Origin: a virus
Lineage: Duplodnaviria > Caudoviricetes
Strand: one strand, 5' to 3'
DNA: 64,000 nt
IMG/VR virus record: IMGVR_UViG_3300028591_000179
Span: 10,773-74,772 of that record
Below the pieces are notes generated by a model that had not been told where the DNA came from, ran no database searches, and was given only the letters and a program-made list of their open reading frames with translations. Shown in pieces: positions 60,449 to 64,000 of this stretch. Each line of letters opens with the position of its first letter. The stretch's first letter is position 1. The translations under genes were made by a program, and so were the position numbers.

Positions 60449-62065
60449 CTAATTATAGATAATGCAACTATAACGTTCTTGATCAATTATTTTATTAATG
60501 GCTTCAATAATTGAATTTTCACCACTCAATGCTGTTTGTAAACATACTGGAGATGAGCCAGAAAGTAAAATACAACCTTTATCATTTATTGTAACTGGTG
60601 TTTGATTTGATCTACTATCAACATTCCACCAAATCAATGTAGGTAAAGTATATCCAGCCTCAAGATATTTATTTCTAATGGCTTCAAAATTTGTACTATT
60701 TTGACCACAATAATCAAATTCCATATCAGAAATAATTATAATTTGTTTTGGCATATCTTTATCTTCTACATTTGCAGATTTGGCTCTTTCTAAAATTAAA
60801 TCAAATACTTTTTGAAGATTTGTATTACTACAATCACCAGTATAAATTGATACTAATTTTTCAGCTAAATTTTTACCTTTAACTTCTTTCCATTTAGCAT
60901 TACTAGAAAAAGGAATAACATAATTACGCCAAATTTCAGATTTATTTCTTTCAGCAATATAAACAGCCAATGACATAGAAACGCACATTGGTAAACCAGT
61001 CATTGATCCAGAAGTATCATTCACAACAATGCCGTTAATTTCTGGCACATAATCAGGTAATGCTTTCCATTGTAATTCTGCTGTTTTATCTTCTTTTGGA
61101 ATACTTGTACCAGACCAAGAGTTATAACAAATATAATTAATATAATCCTTTGCTATATCATATGGATACAATGTATTAGCATTAATTTTTGTTTCACCTT
61201 TTTCAACAGAATTTAAATATTCTGTAAAGCGTTGATTATCATTACGTAAAAAAGCACCTTGCATAGTAGAATAACTTTTAGTATGAATACAATTTTTTGA
61301 ATATTTTAACATTGCATAAGAAGGCAATTTACTATAATCAATACTACTATAATCTTTTCTACGTAGTTTATCTTCAACAATTTCAAGGTCTTTACGCAAT
61401 AAAGTTAATGCTTTACGATATGATCTTGCTGAACCAAATTTACCAGTACTTAATAATGTTTTAGCATATTTTCTAGTAATTTTAGATGAACTATTTTCTG
61501 AAGGCATCCATTTACCTAATAATGAAATAGAAGAAATTTCATTATTTAAGTGATGTTGTAAATCTTTTTCTAATTGATTACCTAAATAATCAACTACTTC
61601 GTCTTTCAAATTAGTGTATAATAACTCCAAAAAGTCATCATATCTGCCATATTCAGCGATTAGATTTAAATTACTCTTTAACCAATCAGTTTCTGCATTA
61701 GCCAAATATTTTAATACAATTCTAAAGACTCTTCTTTCACCTTGACCTCCACGAACATCACGAATATAAAATAAAATACGTAATGCCTTAGTTGGATTAG
61801 CATTAAAAGCATTTACAAATAAATTTAAAATTCTGTTTTCATTCATTTCTCTACGTAAAGCAGCTCCATGATAAAACCAATCAACTATAGCATCTAAAGT
61901 TGAAATATTTGTTAATGCTCCATTTTCTGTGCTAGTTTTATTTGACATTGCATTAATAAAACCATTAGTAGAATTTTTTTCAAACAATGGCTCAGCTTTA
62001 AATACTTTTTTACTAGGCTTATATTCATTATTTGAAAAACCTAAAATATCTGTAAATGTTTTCAT
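60449..62065 (-). CDS. DUF2828-family protein (TROVE/Ro60-like helical domain plus vWA)
   Basis: TENGA, RDVRGGQGERR, EYGRYDD, KWMPSE, INANTLYPYD, MIDAS NDTSGSM, TNLQKVFDLIL, ISDMEFD, WWNV. Confidence 0.85.
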   Translation of the reverse strand: MKTFTDILGFSNNEYKPSKKVFKAEPLFEKNSTNGFINAMSNKTSTENGALTNISTLDAIVDWFYHGAALRREMNENRILNLFVNAFNANPTKALRILFYIRDVRGGQGERRVFRIVLKYLANAETDWLKSNLNLIAEYGRYDDFLELLYTNLKDEVVDYLGNQLEKDLQHHLNNEISSISLLGKWMPSENSSSKITRKYAKTLLSTGKFGSARSYRKALTLLRKDLEIVEDKLRRKDYSSIDYSKLPSYAMLKYSKNCIHTKSYSTMQGAFLRNDNQRFTEYLNSVEKGETKINANTLYPYDIAKDYINYICYNSWSGTSIPKEDKTAELQWKALPDYVPEINGIVVNDTSGSMTGLPMCVSMSLAVYIAERNKSEIWRNYVIPFSSNAKWKEVKGKNLAEKLVSIYTGDCSNTNLQKVFDLILERAKSANVEDKDMPKQIIIISDMEFDYCGQNSTNFEAIRNKYLEAGYTLPTLIWWNVDSRSNQTPVTINDKGCILLSGSSPVCLQTALSGENSIIEAINKIIDQERYSCIIYN

Positions 62066-62179
62066 ATTTATACTCCTTTTAATACAATTTACAATAAATT
62101 ATATAGTTTATGATTATTTATATGTAAAGCCTTTTTTAAGTTCTTACTATATATATTTAATGTCATAGGAGTAATATAA

Positions 62180-62734
62180 ATGACTATCAGCGTAGGAGCA
62201 GATAAAGTATCGCCACTCGTTGTTGAGCCGATTAATGTAAAAATGAAATTAGCATTTGATCCAGAATTTGATTTAGTTAATAATGCAAAATATCTAGTAG
62301 TAAATAATACTTTTTTTAGATATTCAAGAGATACTGATTTATTTGCACCATTTGACAATACTAATACTTTTTTAAATTATTTTAATGATCATGGTATTTA
62401 TAATATGGATACTGAAAATAATAAATTAGTATTAGCTGGTCGTGATGGTGTTGGAGTATATTGTTTTGGTGAAACTGATCTATTAGTATTAATGGAAGTA
62501 ACTTATGATGCAAGTGTTGGTTGGAGTGTTGCATACGTAGGAACAGATTGGAGTTTAGACTGGCAAAATGCATATTGGAGTAAACCATATATGCCAAATG
62601 GAGGTACTATACTAATTCCAATTTTATTAACACATGAATTAAATAGTTTTGGATTTAATGTAATGGCTCCGGAAGATACTACTGGATTAGTTAGTATAAA
62701 TAAAATACATACTTTTAAAATAATTTGGGATTAA
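62180..62734 (+). CDS. Late hypothetical (probable tail) protein
   Basis: AGTTCT at 62139; first of late tail operon. Confidence 0.55.
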   Translation: MTISVGADKVSPLVVEPINVKMKLAFDPEFDLVNNAKYLVVNNTFFRYSRDTDLFAPFDNTNTFLNYFNDHGIYNMDTENNKLVLAGRDGVGVYCFGETDLLVLMEVTYDASVGWSVAYVGTDWSLDWQNAYWSKPYMPNGGTILIPILLTHELNSFGFNVMAPEDTTGLVSINKIHTFKIIWD

Positions 62735-63576
62735 TAATAATGAGCTTAAATGTAGGATCACAATATATTAGTAAAGCCATAGTAAATGAAACAAAATCTA
62801 TGGAAAATGCTATAATATGCTTAAATAAAACAGGAACTAATATATTAGAAGGTGAAAAAGTTTATATAGCATCATCAAATAACTATTCATTGATTAATTA
62901 TAATGCTTTTTCATCAATTGGATATACTGGAATTGCTGCAGAAAATATAAACGCTAATTCATCTGGTAATGTACTAACGATAATAAATGCTCCAACTAAT
63001 ACTCTAGAAATTTGGGAAAGAGTAGATAATAAAGCAACAGTTGTTGGATTTTTTGTAGATGGTACTGGAACAAAATATGCTATTTGTGTATTAGATGCTC
63101 AATATAGAGCAGGAAATTTACGTTGGGGACCCGCATATGCTGAAAATATATTACCAAAATATAACTCTAATGAAGCTGCTTTGAATGCTAAAGATTCTGC
63201 AACGTGGAATATGGATCAAATAATTAATAATTATATTCTTTCTAATTATCCTTCGTTTCAATATTGTCATCAACAAACTTTAGTATATAATAATATTACT
63301 TATTATGGATTATTGCCGAATTTTTATGAATTATCTTTAATATATAATAATAAGGCTAAATTAGATAATATAGATATAACAATAAGTGAATATTCGTCAA
63401 AATCTTTATCTAATTGGAATCTTGGAGGCTCAACTACTCCTAGTACAATTTGGAGTTCAACGGCATATTCAAATGAAATATGGACAATTAATAAAAATGG
63501 CGGTGATTTTACATTAAATACTGCTAATAGTACTGGTGTTGTTCCAATATTTGAAATTCCAGTAATTAACAAATAG
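62725..63576 (+). CDS. Putative receptor-binding protein with C-type-lectin-like (DUF1566-like) domain
   Basis: LPNFYEL..IY...IWSST.....W.I...GG...GVVPIFEIP; paralog of 18937. Confidence 0.6.
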   Translation: MGLIIMSLNVGSQYISKAIVNETKSMENAIICLNKTGTNILEGEKVYIASSNNYSLINYNAFSSIGYTGIAAENINANSSGNVLTIINAPTNTLEIWERVDNKATVVGFFVDGTGTKYAICVLDAQYRAGNLRWGPAYAENILPKYNSNEAALNAKDSATWNMDQIINNYILSNYPSFQYCHQQTLVYNNITYYGLLPNFYELSLIYNNKAKLDNIDITISEYSSKSLSNWNLGGSTTPSTIWSSTAYSNEIWTINKNGGDFTLNTANSTGVVPIFEIPVINK

Positions 63577-63586
63577 GAGATTTATA

Positions 63587-64000
63587 ATGGCTTTATTAAG
63601 AATTGGATCAAAACCGGGATGTCCTGCAATGTATAAAATACAAGAAAGTGGTGGTTCTAGCACGACAGATGTACCATTGACGCGTATATCCAATGATAAC
63701 GGTAACGAAATTGGTACTTGGTATATGAACTTTAAAGACAGTAACGGTAATGTATTTAAAGTAATAGTTCTTGATGCACAATATCGTAATAATTATACTC
63801 AATGGTGTTCTGATAAAAATACAGTAACGAATATGCCAATATATAATTCTTCTAATTATAGTTTATGGTGGTATGACAATGCTAAAGAAACAGCAACACA
63901 AAATACACAGTTGATTTTAAATTATTGTTCGGCAGGTAGTTTTACTTCTACTTCATGCTCACATTGTCGCTCACAATCATTTACAATAGATGGAACAACT
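63587..64000 (+). CDS. Third member of the receptor-binding family; partial (runs off window)
   Basis: AGGAG RBS; MALLRIG...FKDSNGNVFKVIVLDAQYR...AKETATQNT. Confidence 0.6.
   Translation, partial: MALLRIGSKPGCPAMYKIQESGGSSTTDVPLTRISNDNGNEIGTWYMNFKDSNGNVFKVIVLDAQYRNNYTQWCSDKNTVTNMPIYNSSNYSLWWYDNAKETATQNTQLILNYCSAGSFTSTSCSHCRSQSFTIDGTT

Noticed and set aside
60429-60450. AGTTCT/AGTTCA on - strand as a late promoter for 59680-60369
   Set aside because: Overlaps the DUF2828 stop region inside an early-type operon, far from the likely start; could be chance
7174-63802. Shadow ORFs in the track (7174+, 7844+, 15925+, 18381+, 19244-, 29166-, 35524+, 35978+, 36148+, 36509-, 40706-, 42183+, 42581+, 43495-, 44326+, 44770+, 45610+, 48311+, 50463+, 50757+, 53810+, 57686-, 61929+, 62089-, 62382-, 63324-, 63608-)
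   Set aside because: Lie antisense to or out of frame within better-supported genes, lack RBSs and have mirror-like composition
1-64000. Stop-codon reassignment (code 15 or 4) as in some large gut phages
   Set aside because: Ligase, capsid, ATPase and DUF2828 genes are intact in code 11, and TAG/TGA stops are followed directly by RBS-led genes
1-64000. Host assignment and prophage status
   Set aside because: Only weak clues (AGGAG-type RBS use argues against Bacteroidetes; low G+C); no integrase, att site or host genes in the window

Overview
A 64-kb slice of a strongly AT-rich, large lytic dsDNA phage (probably a jumbo phage) read in the standard genetic code. It has a T4 gp23-type major capsid protein (28767-30380), tail fibre/receptor-binding genes, NAD-dependent DNA ligase, an RNA ligase plus polynucleotide kinase, a metallophosphoesterase, dCMP deaminase, a MoxR-type AAA ATPase with a vWA/HEXXH partner, and a DUF2828 (TROVE/Ro60-like) protein. 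Two transcription classes are interleaved. Early-type genes lie mostly on the - strand behind sigma70-like TTTAC(A/T)-N~17-TATAAT-type promoters. Virion-type genes lie mostly on the + strand, each gene or small cluster behind a recurring AGTTCT(A) motif that is probably the late promoter. The main unexplained features are: (1) about 8 otherwise unrelated or paralogous late proteins with a shared N-terminal leader ending in [LI]-x-E, resembling a T4 capsid-targeting sequence, whose cargoes include a protein-kinase-like protein and two HEXXH proteins; (2) an unannotated ~280-nt structured RNA candidate with a tRNA-like D-arm downstream of the Ro60-like gene, followed by a small Arg/Lys-rich ORF; (3) about 10 early proteins with a shared C-terminal helix motif; (4) a repeat-rich, compositionally abrupt non-coding junction at 54.1-54.6 kb at the head of a ~22-kb run of small early genes. 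No tRNA, rRNA, CRISPR array, integrase or transposase was recognised. All family calls come from motif recognition by eye; no database search was run.
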